NCBI RefSeq assembly: GCF_003334305.1
Contig: NZ_QOWS01000003.1
DNA length: 64,000 bases
Strand: one strand, 5' to 3'
Source: Escherichia coli
GTDB taxonomy: Bacteria; Pseudomonadota; Gammaproteobacteria; Enterobacterales; Enterobacteriaceae
A model generated the notes under the pieces. It saw only the letters and a program-made list of their open reading frames with translations, ran no database searches and had not been told where the DNA came from. Position 1 is the first letter of the stretch. Each line of letters begins with the position of its first letter. Shown here in pieces: positions 26,107-38,077 of this stretch. The translations under genes and the position numbers were made by a program.

Positions 26107-26148
26107 TGTCCCCTCGCCCCTTCGGGGAGAGGGTTAGGGTGAGGGGGA
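26107..26148. repeat. GC-rich boxC-like intergenic repeat, copy 1
   Basis: TGTCCCCTCGCCCCTTCGGGGAGAGGGTTAGGGTGAGGGGGA; nearly identical copies at about 59231 and 63303. Confidence 0.7.
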
Positions 26149-26219
26149 CAAACGGCGCAGCTCTTAACATCAGGCACGATCTATTCCCAGACTTTTAGAG
26201 CGTGGCTAAGGGGGAAACC

Positions 26220-27722
26220 ATGACGACCGACCAACACCAGGAAATCCTCCGCACCGAAGGATTAAGTAAATTTTTCCCCGGCGTCAAAGCGTTAGACAAC
26301 GTTGATTTCAGCCTGCGCCGTGGCGAAATCATGGCGCTGCTCGGTGAAAACGGGGCGGGAAAATCGACGCTAATCAAAGCATTAACCGGTGTATACCACG
26401 CCGATCGCGGCACCATCTGGCTGGAAGGCCAGGCTATCTCACCGAAAAATACCGCCCATGCACAACAACTCGGCATCGGAACCGTTTATCAGGAAGTCAA
26501 CCTGCTACCCAATATGTCGGTCGCTGATAATCTATTCATAGGTCGCGAACCCAAACGTTTCGGCTTTCTACGCCGCAAAGAGATGGAAAAGCGTGCCACC
26601 GAACTGATGACATCTTACGGTTTCTCCCTCGACGTGCGTGAACCGCTTAACCGTTTTTCGGTGGCGATGCAGCAAATCGTCGCCATTTGCCGGGCTATCG
26701 ATCTCTCCGCCAAAGTGCTGATCCTCGATGAACCCACCGCCAGCCTCGACACCCAGGAAGTGGAGCTATTATTTGTCCTGATGCGTCAGTTGCGCGATCG
26801 CGGCGTCAGCCTGATCTTTGTCACTCACTTTCTCGATCAGGTCTATCAGGTCAGCGATCGGATCACTGTCTTACGCAACGGCAGTTTCGTAGGCTGTCGG
26901 GAAACGCGCGAGCTACCGCAGATCGAACTGGTAAAAATGATGCTGGGGCGCGAGCTGGATACCCACGCGCTACAGCGTGCCGGGCGAACATTGTTGAGCG
27001 ACAAACCCGTTGCCGCGTTCAAAAATTACGGCAAAAAAGGAACGATAGCACCGTTTGATCTCGAAGTTCGCCCCGGCGAGATCGTCGGTCTGGCTGGCTT
27101 GCTGGGATCCGGACGTACCGAAACCGCCGAAGTGATCTTCGGTATCAAACCTGCTGACAGCGGCACGGCGTTGATCAAAGGCAAACAGCAAAACCTGCGA
27201 TCGCCACATCAGGCTTCGGTACTGGGTATCGGCTTCTGCCCGGAAGACAGGAAAACCGATGGCATCATCGCCGCCGCCTCGGTACGGGAAAATATCATCC
27301 TCGCTCTCCAGGCCCAGCGCGGCTGGCTACGACCCATTTCCCGCAAAGAGCAGCAAGAGATTGCCGAACGCTTTATCCGCCAGCTTGGCATTCGCACACC
27401 TTCAACTGAACAACCGATTGAATTTCTCTCTGGCGGCAATCAGCAAAAAGTGTTGCTTTCACGTTGGCTACTGACCCGACCGCAATTTCTGATCCTCGAT
27501 GAGCCAACCCGCGGCATTGATGTTGGTGCCCACGCCGAGATCATCCGCCTGATTGAAACGCTATGCGCCGATGGTCTGGCGCTGCTGGTGATCTCCTCCG
27601 AACTGGAAGAGCTGGTGGGCTATGCCGATCGGGTGATCATCATGCGCGATCGCAAACAGGTGGCGGAGATCCCGCTGGCAGAGCTTTCCGTTCCGGCGAT
27701 CATGAACGCCATTGCGGCGTAA
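26220..27722 (+). CDS. ytfR: sugar ABC transporter ATP-binding protein (tandem ABC domains)
   Basis: Two Walker A motifs (GENGAGKST, GLLGSGRTE); ATG 26220 preceded by AAGGGGGAAA; ORF-track start 26202 is six codons upstream. Confidence 0.9.
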   Translation: MTTDQHQEILRTEGLSKFFPGVKALDNVDFSLRRGEIMALLGENGAGKSTLIKALTGVYHADRGTIWLEGQAISPKNTAHAQQLGIGTVYQEVNLLPNMSVADNLFIGREPKRFGFLRRKEMEKRATELMTSYGFSLDVREPLNRFSVAMQQIVAICRAIDLSAKVLILDEPTASLDTQEVELLFVLMRQLRDRGVSLIFVTHFLDQVYQVSDRITVLRNGSFVGCRETRELPQIELVKMMLGRELDTHALQRAGRTLLSDKPVAAFKNYGKKGTIAPFDLEVRPGEIVGLAGLLGSGRTETAEVIFGIKPADSGTALIKGKQQNLRSPHQASVLGIGFCPEDRKTDGIIAAASVRENIILALQAQRGWLRPISRKEQQEIAERFIRQLGIRTPSTEQPIEFLSGGNQQKVLLSRWLLTRPQFLILDEPTRGIDVGAHAEIIRLIETLCADGLALLVISSELEELVGYADRVIIMRDRKQVAEIPLAELSVPAIMNAIAA

Positions 27723-27735
27723 GGAGAATAGTGTG

Positions 27736-28758
27736 ATGCCTCAATCTCTCCCGGACACTACGCCGCCGAAAAGGCGCTTTCGCTGGCCAACGGGAATGCC
27801 GCAGCTGGCGGCGCTATTGCTGGTGCTGCTGGTCGATAGCCTGGTAGCCCCGCATTTCTGGCAGGTGGTGCTTCAGGATGGGCGTTTGTTCGGTAGCCCT
27901 ATCGACATTCTTAACCGTGCAGCTCCCGTTGCGTTACTGGCGATTGGTATGACGCTGGTGATCGCCACCGGTGGGATTGATCTCTCCGTAGGGGCGGTGA
28001 TGGCTATCGCCGGAGCCACAACGGCTGCGATGACGGTCGCGGGATTCAGCCTGCCGATTGTTTTGTTAAGCGCCCTGGGCACCGGCATCCTGGCGGGATT
28101 GTGGAACGGCATACTGGTAGCGATCCTCAAAATTCAGCCGTTTGTCGCCACCCTGATCCTGATGGTCGCCGGGCGCGGCGTGGCGCAACTGATCACCGCC
28201 GGGCAGATCGTCACGTTTAACTCGCCGGATCTCTCATGGTTTGGCAGCGGATCGCTGTTGTTCCTGCCAACGCCGGTCATTATCGCGGTGCTGACGCTTC
28301 TCCTGTTCTGGCTGTTGACCCGCAAAACGGCGCTGGGGATGTTTATCGAAGCCGTTGGTATCAACATTCGGGCGGCAAAAAATGCCGGGGTAAACACGCG
28401 GATCATCGTCATGCTCACCTACGTGTTGAGCGGGCTGTGTGCGGCGATTGCGGGCATTATCGTGGCGGCGGATATTCGCGGTGCCGATGCCAATAACGCC
28501 GGGTTATGGCTGGAGCTGGACGCCATTCTTGCGGTGGTGATTGGCGGCGGATCGCTGATGGGCGGGCGCTTTAACCTGCTGCTCTCAGTCGTGGGGGCGC
28601 TGATTATTCAGGGGATGAACACCGGAATTTTACTTTCTGGCTTTCCGCCGGAGATGAACCAGGTCGTAAAAGCGGTGGTGGTGCTTTGTGTGCTGATTGT
28701 TCAGTCGCAACGCTTTATCAGTCTGATTAAAGGAGTACGTAGCCATGATAAAACGTAA
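27736..28758 (+). CDS. ytfT: sugar ABC transporter permease
   Basis: Multi-pass membrane protein from ATG 27736 (MPQSLPDTTPP...) with AAGGAG Shine-Dalgarno at 27721-27726. Confidence 0.9.
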   Translation: MPQSLPDTTPPKRRFRWPTGMPQLAALLLVLLVDSLVAPHFWQVVLQDGRLFGSPIDILNRAAPVALLAIGMTLVIATGGIDLSVGAVMAIAGATTAAMTVAGFSLPIVLLSALGTGILAGLWNGILVAILKIQPFVATLILMVAGRGVAQLITAGQIVTFNSPDLSWFGSGSLLFLPTPVIIAVLTLLLFWLLTRKTALGMFIEAVGINIRAAKNAGVNTRIIVMLTYVLSGLCAAIAGIIVAADIRGADANNAGLWLELDAILAVVIGGGSLMGGRFNLLLSVVGALIIQGMNTGILLSGFPPEMNQVVKAVVVLCVLIVQSQRFISLIKGVRSHDKT

Positions 28759-29740
28759 CTTGCCGCTGATGATCACCATCGGCGTCTTTGTGCTGGGCTA
28801 TCTCTACTGCCTGACCCAGTTTCCCGGTTTTGCTTCCACAAGAGTGATCTGCAATATCCTGACCGATAACGCCTTTCTTGGGATAATCGCCGTTGGCATG
28901 ACCTTTGTGATCCTCTCTGGCGGTATCGATCTCTCCGTCGGTTCGGTGATCGCCTTTACTGGCGTGTTTCTGGCAAAAGTGATTGGCGATTTCGGCCTCT
29001 CGCCGCTGCTGGCGTTTCCGCTAGTGCTGGTGATGGGCTGTGCCTTTGGCGCATTTATGGGGCTTTTGATCGACGCCCTGAAGATCCCGGCATTTATCAT
29101 TACCCTGGCAGGAATGTTCTTTTTGCGCGGCGTCAGCTATCTCGTTTCAGAAGAGTCGATCCCGATAAACCATCCCATTTATGACACGCTCTCAAGCCTT
29201 GCGTGGAAAATCCCTGGCGGCGGTCGCTTAAGTGCGATGGGACTGCTGATGCTGGCGGTGGTGGTTATCGGCATATTCCTCGCGCATCGTACCCGTTTTG
29301 GTAATCAGGTATACGCCATTGGCGGCAACGCAACGTCGGCAAACCTGATGGGGATTTCTACCCGCAGCACCACTATTCGCATTTATATGCTCTCCACCGG
29401 ACTGGCAACGCTGGCGGGGATTGTCTTCTCGATTTATACCCAGGCCGGATATGCGCTGGCGGGCGTAGGTGTGGAACTGGATGCTATCGCCTCAGTGGTA
29501 ATTGGCGGTACGCTTTTGAGCGGTGGCGTTGGAACGGTATTAGGGACGCTTTTTGGCGTGGCGATTCAGGGGCTAATTCAGACTTATATCAACTTTGACG
29601 GTACGCTGAGTTCCTGGTGGACGAAAATCGCCATCGGCATTTTGCTGTTCATTTTTATTGCCTTACAGCGTGGATTAACGGTGCTGTGGGAGAATCGTCA
29701 GAGTTCGCCAGTGACAAGAGTCAACATTGCGCAGCGATAA
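28745..29740 (+). CDS. yjfF: sugar ABC transporter permease
   Basis: 331-aa multi-pass membrane protein; start overlaps the ytfT 3' end by 14 nt. Confidence 0.9.
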   Translation: MIKRNLPLMITIGVFVLGYLYCLTQFPGFASTRVICNILTDNAFLGIIAVGMTFVILSGGIDLSVGSVIAFTGVFLAKVIGDFGLSPLLAFPLVLVMGCAFGAFMGLLIDALKIPAFIITLAGMFFLRGVSYLVSEESIPINHPIYDTLSSLAWKIPGGGRLSAMGLLMLAVVVIGIFLAHRTRFGNQVYAIGGNATSANLMGISTRSTTIRIYMLSTGLATLAGIVFSIYTQAGYALAGVGVELDAIASVVIGGTLLSGGVGTVLGTLFGVAIQGLIQTYINFDGTLSSWWTKIAIGILLFIFIALQRGLTVLWENRQSSPVTRVNIAQR

Positions 29741-29772
29741 AAACGCCTCTCCGTGTGGAGAGGCGCAGGAGA

Positions 29773-30771
29773 TTACGCGTCCGGGAACTCACGGATAAAG
29801 CGTTCGACATCTTCAACCATATGGTCGTTGCCGACAAAGAATGAACGGCGCTGGTGCAGGGTTTCCGGGATGATATCCAGAATACGCTCTTTGCCATCGC
29901 TCGCTTTACCGCCCGCTTGTTCCGCCAGGAATGCCATCGGGTTGCACTCATACAGTAAACGCAGTTTACCGTCCGGGTGGCTGGCGGTGCTTGGGTAGAG
30001 ATAAATACCGCCTTTCAGCAGGTTACGGTGGAAATCCGCAACCAGTGAACCGATATAACGTGAGGTATACGGGCGGTTGGTGGATTTATCTTCTTCCTGG
30101 CAGAATTTAATGTACTTCTTCACCCCGTTCGGAAACTTAATGTAGTTTCCTTCGTTGATGGAGTAGGTTTTGCCTTTCTCCGGGAAGCGCATCCGTTCCT
30201 GGCACAGGCAGAAAACGCCCAGCGAAGGATCGTAAGTAAAGGCGTGAACACCGCATCCGGTGGTGTAAACCAGCATAGTAGAGGAGCCGTATACCACGTA
30301 ACCTGCCGCAACCTGTTTGTTACCAGGCTGGAGGAAATCTTCTTCCGTTACCGGCGTGCCAACAGGCGTAACGCGGCGGTAGATGGAGAAAATGGTACCG
30401 ACAGAGACGTTAACATCGATGTTGGACGAGCCATCCAGGGGGTCCATCAGCACCACGTATTTTGCGTGTTCACAGCCTTCAAAGACGACAATCTCATCTT
30501 CTTCTTCAGAGGCAATGCCCGCAACGATATCGCGTGCTTTCAGTGCGGCTTTCAGTTTTTCATTAGCGAACAAGTCGAGTTTCTGCTGAACCTCGCCCTG
30601 CACGTTCTCAGCACCGCTGGCACCCAAGATATCAACCAGTCCTGCTTTGTTGATATCGCGATGGATAATCTTGGCGCCCAGTTTTATTGCCGACAGCAAA
30701 GCAGTGAGCTCACCGGTAGCATGAGAAAACTCGTGCTGCTTTTCGACAATAAATTCACCTAACGTTTTCAT
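29773..30771 (-). CDS. fbp: fructose-1,6-bisphosphatase class 1
   Basis: Protein [26 protein letters not shown]... recognised as Fbp (332 aa); ATG 30769-30771; ORF-track start 30954 is an upstream extension. Confidence 0.95.
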
Positions 30772-30946
30772 AAAACTTTCCCTGCAATGTTTATGGAGTA
30801 AAGCGACCGCAACAATCTTAACAAATAATCTCAATGTTGCGCTCAGGTGAATCGCGCCAGCAAATTGCGGATTATCCTGAAATGCGTTTCTCACTTGCCC
30901 GACATATGCGTAAAATGAGCGGCAGATTAAAAAAGGATAGTGACGT

Positions 30947-32320
30947 ATGCGCATTCATATTTTAGGAATTTGTGGCACATTTATGGGCGGTCTGGCGATG
31001 CTGGCGCGCCAGTTAGGCCATGAAGTAACGGGTTCGGACGCCAATGTGTATCCGCCGATGAGCACCTTACTTGAGAAGCAAGGCATTGAGCTGATTCAGG
31101 GTTACGATGCCAGCCAGCTCGATCCGCAGCCGGATCTGGTGATTATTGGCAACGCCATGACCCGTGGAAATCCGTGTGTGGAAGCGGTACTGGAAAAAAA
31201 CATCCCTTATATGTCAGGTCCACAGTGGCTGCACGATTTTGTGCTGCGCGACCGCTGGGTGCTGGCCGTTGCCGGTACACACGGCAAAACTACCACCGCG
31301 GGAATGGCGACCTGGATTCTGGAACAGTGCGGTTACAAACCGGGATTTGTGATCGGCGGTGTGCCGGGGAACTTTGAGGTTTCGGCGCGTCTGGGCGAAA
31401 GCGACTTCTTTGTTATCGAAGCGGATGAGTATGACTGCGCCTTCTTCGACAAACGCTCTAAATTTGTCCATTACTGCCCGCGTACGCTGATCCTCAACAA
31501 CCTTGAGTTCGATCACGCCGATATCTTTGACGACCTGAAAGCGATCCAGAAACAGTTCCACCATCTGGTGCGTATCGTTCCGGGGCAGGGCCGTATTATC
31601 TGGCCGGAAAATGACATCAACCTGAAACAGACCATGGCGATGGGCTGCTGGAGCGAGCAGGAGCTGGTGGGTGAGCAGGGTCACTGGCAGGCGAAAAAGC
31701 TGACCACTGACGCTTCTGAATGGGAAGTCTTGCTGGATGGCGAAAAAGTGGGCGAAGTGAAATGGTCGCTGGTGGGCGAACATAATATGCACAATGGCCT
31801 GATGGCGATTGCGGCGGCTCGCCATGTTGGTGTAGCGCCTGCAGATGCCGCTAACGCGCTGGGTTCGTTTATTAACGCTCGTCGCCGTCTGGAGTTGCGT
31901 GGTGAAGCGAATGGCGTGACGGTATATGACGATTTTGCCCATCACCCGACGGCAATTCTGGCAACGCTTGCGGCGCTGCGTGGCAAAGTTGGTGGTACGG
32001 CGCGCATTATTGCTGTGCTGGAGCCGCGCTCGAATACCATGAAAATGGGGATCTGCAAAGACGATCTGGCACCTTCATTAGGTCGTGCCGATGAAGTCTT
32101 CCTGCTGCAACCGGCGCATATTCCGTGGCAGGTGGCAGAAGTGGCAGAAGCCTGCGTTCAGCCTGCACACTGGAGTGGCGATGTGGATACGCTGGCAGAT
32201 ATGGTGGTGAAAACCGCTCAGCCTGGCGACCATATTCTGGTGATGAGCAACGGCGGTTTTGGTGGGATCCATCAGAAACTGCTGGATGGTCTGGCGAAGA
32301 AGGCGGAAGCTGCGCAGTAA
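30947..32320 (+). CDS. mpl: UDP-N-acetylmuramate:L-alanyl-gamma-D-glutamyl-meso-diaminopimelate ligase
   Basis: 457-aa Mur-ligase-family protein recognised as Mpl. Confidence 0.95.
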
Positions 32321-32344
32321 TTCGGCTTCAGCCTGATATAGCAT

Positions 32345-32445
32345 TGCCGGATAAGGCGTTTACGCCGCATCCGGCATTTGAGCATAGTGCCTGATGCGAC
32401 GCTTGATGCGTCTTATCCGGCCTACAGGTGCACCGCATCCGGCAA
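32345..32445. repeat. REP/BIME cluster between mpl and yjgA
   Basis: GCCGGATAAGGCGTTTACGCCGCATCCGGC and GCCTGATGCGACGC units. Confidence 0.85.
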
Positions 32446-32470
32446 ACCATACTCACATCAACAACGAAAA

Positions 32471-33022
32471 TTACCCTTCATTCTCCGCCAGTTCGCGCAG
32501 ATACTGGAAAATCTGGCGTGCGGATTTCGGCGGCTTATTCCCTTCTTTCTCTTTCTTCGCGTTACGGATCAGAGTACGCAGTTGCTGACGATCGGCATCG
32601 GGCCACAGATTCAATACTTCAGCGATGGCGTCATCACCTTGATCGATCAGACGATCGCGCAGGTTTTCCAGTTTATGGAACAGCACCACCTGCTGGTTGT
32701 GACGGTTTTTCAGCTTATCCAGCGCCTGACGAATAGGCTCTACGTCGCGCTGGCGCAGCATCTTACCGATGAGCTGCAACTGGCGGCGGCGACCTTCCAT
32801 CTTAATACGCTGGGCGAGCTCAATAGCCGCGCGCAGATCCGCATCTAACGGGATCTTATCCAGCGCGTTTTTCCCCAGATCAACAATTTCCGCGCCAAGG
32901 CGTTTTAGCTCCTCGGCATCACGTTTAATTTCACTTTTACTGACCCAGATAATTTCATCGTCTTCGTCTTCGATGTCATCACCGGGAACGTCGTCGAGCC
33001 AGTCTTCGGGCTGCTTAGTCAT
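32471..33022 (-). CDS. yjgA: ribosome-associated DUF615 protein YjgA
   Basis: 183-aa acidic/basic protein recognised as YjgA. Confidence 0.9.
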
Positions 33023-33115
33023 CTCAGGCTCCTTAAAAAAAGAGGCTAATGTTACCAGTTAAGATGCGCACTGAAAAACGGTTCTCTGTTAGACTTCAGA
33101 GAAACTCTCTACATT

Positions 33116-34468
33116 ATGGCACTTGCAATGAAAGTAATCTCTCAAGTTGAAGCGCAGCGCAAGATTCTGGAAGAAGCAGTTTCCACTGCGCTGGAGTTGG
33201 CCTCAGGCAAATCGGACGGTGCGGAAGTTGCCGTCAGCAAGACCACCGGCATTAGCGTAAGCACGCGTTATGGTGAAGTGGAGAATGTTGAATTCAATAG
33301 CGATGGCGCGCTGGGGATCACTGTTTATCACCAGAACCGCAAAGGTAGCGCATCATCCACCGATTTAAGCCCGCAGGCCATTGCCCGCACCGTACAGGCG
33401 GCGCTGGATATTGCCCGTTATACCTCGCCAGATCCCTGTGCCGGCGTGGCAGACAAAGAGCTGCTGGCCTTTGACGCACCAGATCTCGACTTGTTCCACC
33501 CTGCGGAAGTTTCCCCGGATGAAGCCATTGAACTGGCGGCCCGCGCAGAACAGGCGGCATTGCAGGCGGACAAACGCATTACCAATACCGAAGGCGGCAG
33601 TTTTAACAGCCACTACGGTGTCAAAGTTTTTGGCAACAGCCACGGCATGTTGCAGGGTTACTGCTCTACGCGTCATTCACTCTCCAGCTGTGTAATTGCC
33701 GAAGAAAATGGCGATATGGAGCGTGATTACGCCTACACCATTGGTCGTGCGATGAGCGATCTGCAAACGCCAGAGTGGGTTGGGGCCGACTGTGCTCGCC
33801 GTACTTTATCGCGCCTGTCACCGCGTAAACTCTCCACCATGAAAGCGCCAGTCATTTTTGCCAATGAAGTGGCAACCGGGCTTTTTGGCCATCTGGTGGG
33901 GGCGATAGCGGGTGGCTCGGTTTACCGTAAATCTACCTTTCTGCTGGATTCGCTGGGTAAACAAATTCTGCCGGACTGGCTGACCATTGAAGAGCATCCG
34001 CATCTGCTGAAAGGGCTGGCGTCGACGCCATTCGACAGCGAAGGTGTGCGCACCGAGCGTCGCGATATTATTAAAGATGGCATCCTGACTCAGTGGCTGC
34101 TGACCAGCTACTCGGCGCGGAAACTGGGGCTGAAAAGCACCGGACATGCGGGCGGTATTCACAACTGGCGGATTGCCGGACAAGGGCTAAGCTTCGAACA
34201 AATGCTCAAAGAGATGGGCACCGGGCTGGTGGTGACGGAGCTGATGGGCCAGGGCGTGAGTGCCATTACCGGTGATTATTCCCGTGGTGCAGCGGGCTTC
34301 TGGGTAGAGAATGGCGAAATTCAGTATCCCGTTAGTGAAATCACCATCGCAGGTAATTTAAAAGATATGTGGCGCAATATTGTCACCGTCGGTAACGATA
34401 TTGAAACACGCAGTAATATACAGTGTGGTTCTGTGCTGTTGCCGGAGATGAAAATCGCCGGGCAGTAA
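33116..34468 (+). CDS. pmbA: metalloprotease PmbA (TldE)
   Basis: 450-aa protein [22 protein letters not shown]... recognised as PmbA. Confidence 0.95.
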
Positions 34469-34647
34469 AAAACTGGCGCGACCTGCCGCGCTATAAACTA
34501 AAAAATTACACAAAATCATTCGCACTGCATCGAGACGGAAAGTGAATGAGGGCCGGGGAGCGTACTCGCAGTACGTGACCCGGGCGAATGAGCGTAGCCG
34601 TCGATGAGGCAGTGTGAAGGATGAAGTGTAAATAAAAAAGGAAGTGA

Positions 34648-35037
<390 letters not shown>

Positions 35038-35081
35038 TTCCTCATTTCCCTGTTGCCTGCACTCAGGTAACAGGGAACTTA

Positions 35082-35546
35082 TCATCGCAAATGATGCACC
35101 ACCTGATTGCTGCTGCCGCGCCAGATCAGGGAAGGGTCTTTTAAATCCTGCACAAATTTGCCGTCGACCAGTACGTTAATCAAATCAACAACCTGCATTT
35201 GCGCAGCGTTGAGTTCGTCGAGTTTATAGCCTGTCCACACCCAGATGTCTTTACCCGGACACTCGGCGCGGATGCGTTTTACCAGTTTCAGAATATCCGG
35301 CACGTTTTGCGGATGCAGCGGATCGCCGCCGGAGAGGGAAATCCCCTGGCGTTTGATACGAGTGTCATTCAGATCTTTAATGATCTTGTCTTCCATTGCT
35401 TTGGTAAATGGCTGACCAGAATTTACCCGCCATGTGCTTTTGTTATAGCAACCGGGGCATTCATGAACACACCCGGAGACAAACAGGGTGCAGCGAGTGC
35501 CGGGGCCGTTGACGATGTCGACAGGATAGTACTGATGATAATTCAT
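35082..35546 (-). CDS. nrdG: anaerobic ribonucleotide reductase activating protein (radical SAM)
   Basis: 154-aa protein with Cys-rich radical-SAM motif (CTLFVSGCVHECPGCYNK). Confidence 0.95.
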   Translation of the reverse strand: MNYHQYYPVDIVNGPGTRCTLFVSGCVHECPGCYNKSTWRVNSGQPFTKAMEDKIIKDLNDTRIKRQGISLSGGDPLHPQNVPDILKLVKRIRAECPGKDIWVWTGYKLDELNAAQMQVVDLINVLVDGKFVQDLKDPSLIWRGSSNQVVHHLR

Positions 35547-35552
35547 TATTTC

Positions 35553-35690
<138 letters not shown>

Positions 35691-35703
35691 CGCAGAGTGA
35701 AGA

Positions 35704-37842
35704 TTAACCTATCTGCCCATTCCCCAAATGTTTAACGCGGCGCTTAACTTCTTCCTGCTTACCAGCGTTAAACGGACGTGCATCCGGGCTACCTAAATAT
35801 CCGCACACGCGGCGAGTCACCGACACACGGGAGGCGTCATGGTTACCACATTTCGGGCAAGTGAAGCCTTTGCTGGTGCACTCGAACTCACCGGTAAAGC
35901 CACACTCGTAGCACTCATCAATCGGTGTATTGGTGCCGTAATACGGTACATGCTGATAGCTGTAATCCCAGACATCTTCCAGCGCCTTCAGGTTGTGCTG
36001 AATGTTTGGATACTCGCCGTAGCAAATGAAACCACCGTTCGCTAGCGGCGGGTAAGGCGCTTCAAAGTCGATCTTGTCGTACGGGTTCACCTTCTTCTCC
36101 ACATCGAGGTGGAAACTGTTGGTGTAGTAACCTTTATCGGTCACGCCCGGCACCACGCCAAACTCAGCAGTATCGAGACGGCAGAAGCGGTCGCACAGGT
36201 TTTCACTCGGCGTGCTGTAGAGACTGAAACCATAACCCGTTTCTTCTTTCCACTGATCCACTGCCTGGCGCAGACGTTCAACAATGGCGATACCTTTCGC
36301 GCGAAGCTGCTCGTTGTCGTAAACATGCTCGCCGCCGAACAGCGCGTTAATGGTTTCGTGGATGCCGATGTAACCCAGCGAAATAGACGCACGACCGTTT
36401 TTGAAGATTTCAGAAACATCATCGTCAGCATTCAGACGTACGCCACAAGCACCTTCCATATAGAGGATCGGGGCGACGCGCGCTTTCACGCCTTCGAGAC
36501 GAGCGATACGGGTCATCAGTGCCTTACGTGCCAGCACCAGACGTTCATCCAGCAGCTTCCAGAAGGTGGCTTCATCGCCTTTTGCTTCCAGAGCAATACG
36601 CGGCAGGTTCAGGCTGATCACGCCGAGGTTGTTACGACCATCGTGGATCTGCTCGCCGTTTTCATTTTCCCACACGCCGAGGAAGCTGCGGCAGCCCATC
36701 GGGGTTTTAAACGAACCGGTGACTTTCACTACCTGATCGTAGTTCAGGATATCCGGATACATGCGCTTGCTTGCGCACTCCAGCGCCAGCTGTTTGATGT
36801 CGTAGTTCGGATCGCCTTTTTTATGGTTCAGGCCATCGCGAATCGCAAACACCAGTTTCGGGAACACCGCAGTTTTACGGTTTTTACCAAGGCCTGCGAT
36901 ACGGTTACGCAGGATAGATTCCTGAATCAGGCGCGATTCCCAGCTGGTGCCCAGACCAAAACCAAAGGTTACAAACGGCGTCTGACCGTTGGCGGTGTGC
37001 AGGGTGTTTACTTCGTACTCCAGCGACTGGAAGGCATCGTAGCACTCTTTGATGGTACGAGAGTTTGCGTAGCCTTCGGCGTCCGGGATGTTCCACTCTT
37101 CTGCGGTCTTGCGATGTTTGTTGTAGCTGGCGGTAACAAACGGCGCCAGCACTTCATCGATACGGTTAATGGTGGTGCCGCCATAAATATGGCTGGCGAC
37201 CTGAGCAATAATCTGCGCAGTTACCGCGGTTGCCGTAGAGATCGACTTCGGCGGTTCAATCTCGGCGTTCCCCATTTTAAAGCCCTGGGTCAGCATGCCT
37301 TTCAGGTCGATCAACATGCAGTTGAACATCGGGAAGAACGGCGAGTAATCGAGATCGTGATAGTGAATATCGCCACGCTCATGTGCCTGCACCACGTCAC
37401 GCGGCAGCAGGTGCTGGCGTGCATAGTGTTTAGCCACGATCCCGGCCAGCAGGTCGCGCTGGGTTGGAATCACCTTGCTGTCTTTGTTGGCGTTTTCGTT
37501 GAGTAACGAGGCGTTGGTCTGCTCGACCAGACCACGGATCTCCTGGTTCAGGCGACCGCGTTTTTCACGTTCAATGTCGCGATCGTGACGGTACTCGATG
37601 TAAGCACGAGCCAGTTGTTTGTATGGACCCGACATCAGCTGGTTTTCAACTGCGGTCTGGATCTCGTTGATATCCACCTGGTTGCGGCCCTGCATCTGCT
37701 CGCTGACAACCGCGGCAACAGTGGCGCAATAATCGGCATCATCGACTTCCGCTGCTTTAGCTGCACGCAGAATCGCTTCTTTGATGCGCTCTGATTTAAA
37801 CGGCACTTTGCAGCCGTCTCGTTTCATCACATGCGGTGTCAT
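35704..37842 (-). CDS. nrdD: anaerobic ribonucleoside-triphosphate reductase
   Basis: 712-aa protein with C-terminal glycyl-radical motif and Zn-ribbon cysteines. Confidence 0.97.
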   Translation of the reverse strand: MTPHVMKRDGCKVPFKSERIKEAILRAAKAAEVDDADYCATVAAVVSEQMQGRNQVDINEIQTAVENQLMSGPYKQLARAYIEYRHDRDIEREKRGRLNQEIRGLVEQTNASLLNENANKDSKVIPTQRDLLAGIVAKHYARQHLLPRDVVQAHERGDIHYHDLDYSPFFPMFNCMLIDLKGMLTQGFKMGNAEIEPPKSISTATAVTAQIIAQVASHIYGGTTINRIDEVLAPFVTASYNKHRKTAEEWNIPDAEGYANSRTIKECYDAFQSLEYEVNTLHTANGQTPFVTFGFGLGTSWESRLIQESILRNRIAGLGKNRKTAVFPKLVFAIRDGLNHKKGDPNYDIKQLALECASKRMYPDILNYDQVVKVTGSFKTPMGCRSFLGVWENENGEQIHDGRNNLGVISLNLPRIALEAKGDEATFWKLLDERLVLARKALMTRIARLEGVKARVAPILYMEGACGVRLNADDDVSEIFKNGRASISLGYIGIHETINALFGGEHVYDNEQLRAKGIAIVERLRQAVDQWKEETGYGFSLYSTPSENLCDRFCRLDTAEFGVVPGVTDKGYYTNSFHLDVEKKVNPYDKIDFEAPYPPLANGGFICYGEYPNIQHNLKALEDVWDYSYQHVPYYGTNTPIDECYECGFTGEFECTSKGFTCPKCGNHDASRVSVTRRVCGYLGSPDARPFNAGKQEEVKRRVKHLGNGQIG

Positions 37843-38005
37843 GATCGCTCCATATTTTTAAGAACAGGTTATCCACAGAAATTGGGAAAGGCGTTTTCCG
37901 GTTTTTTCGTTTCGTTTTCCGGTGCTTTCCGCAATCGCCATCCGCTTATCCACAACGCCGCACCTTTTTCGTGGGGAGCTGTAGTAGCAATTATAGTCGA
38001 TTAAT

Positions 38006-38051
38006 ACAACATATTGGGTTGGGACGCATTTTAAAGTCTATATATAGTGCT
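38006..38051 (-). promoter_or_regulatory. two candidate NrdR boxes upstream of nrdDG (ACAACATATTGGGTTG and GTCTATATATAGTGC)
   Basis: Two AT-centred partially palindromic 16-bp elements about 30 bp apart, 165-210 bp upstream of the nrdD start. Confidence 0.5.
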
Positions 38052-38077
38052 TTGCATCAAGGATGTTTGAACTTTTT

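Noticed and set aside
36109-37506. 465-aa plus-strand ORF antisense to nrdD
   Set aside because: Embedded antisense in nrdD; composition atypical; no independent evidence.
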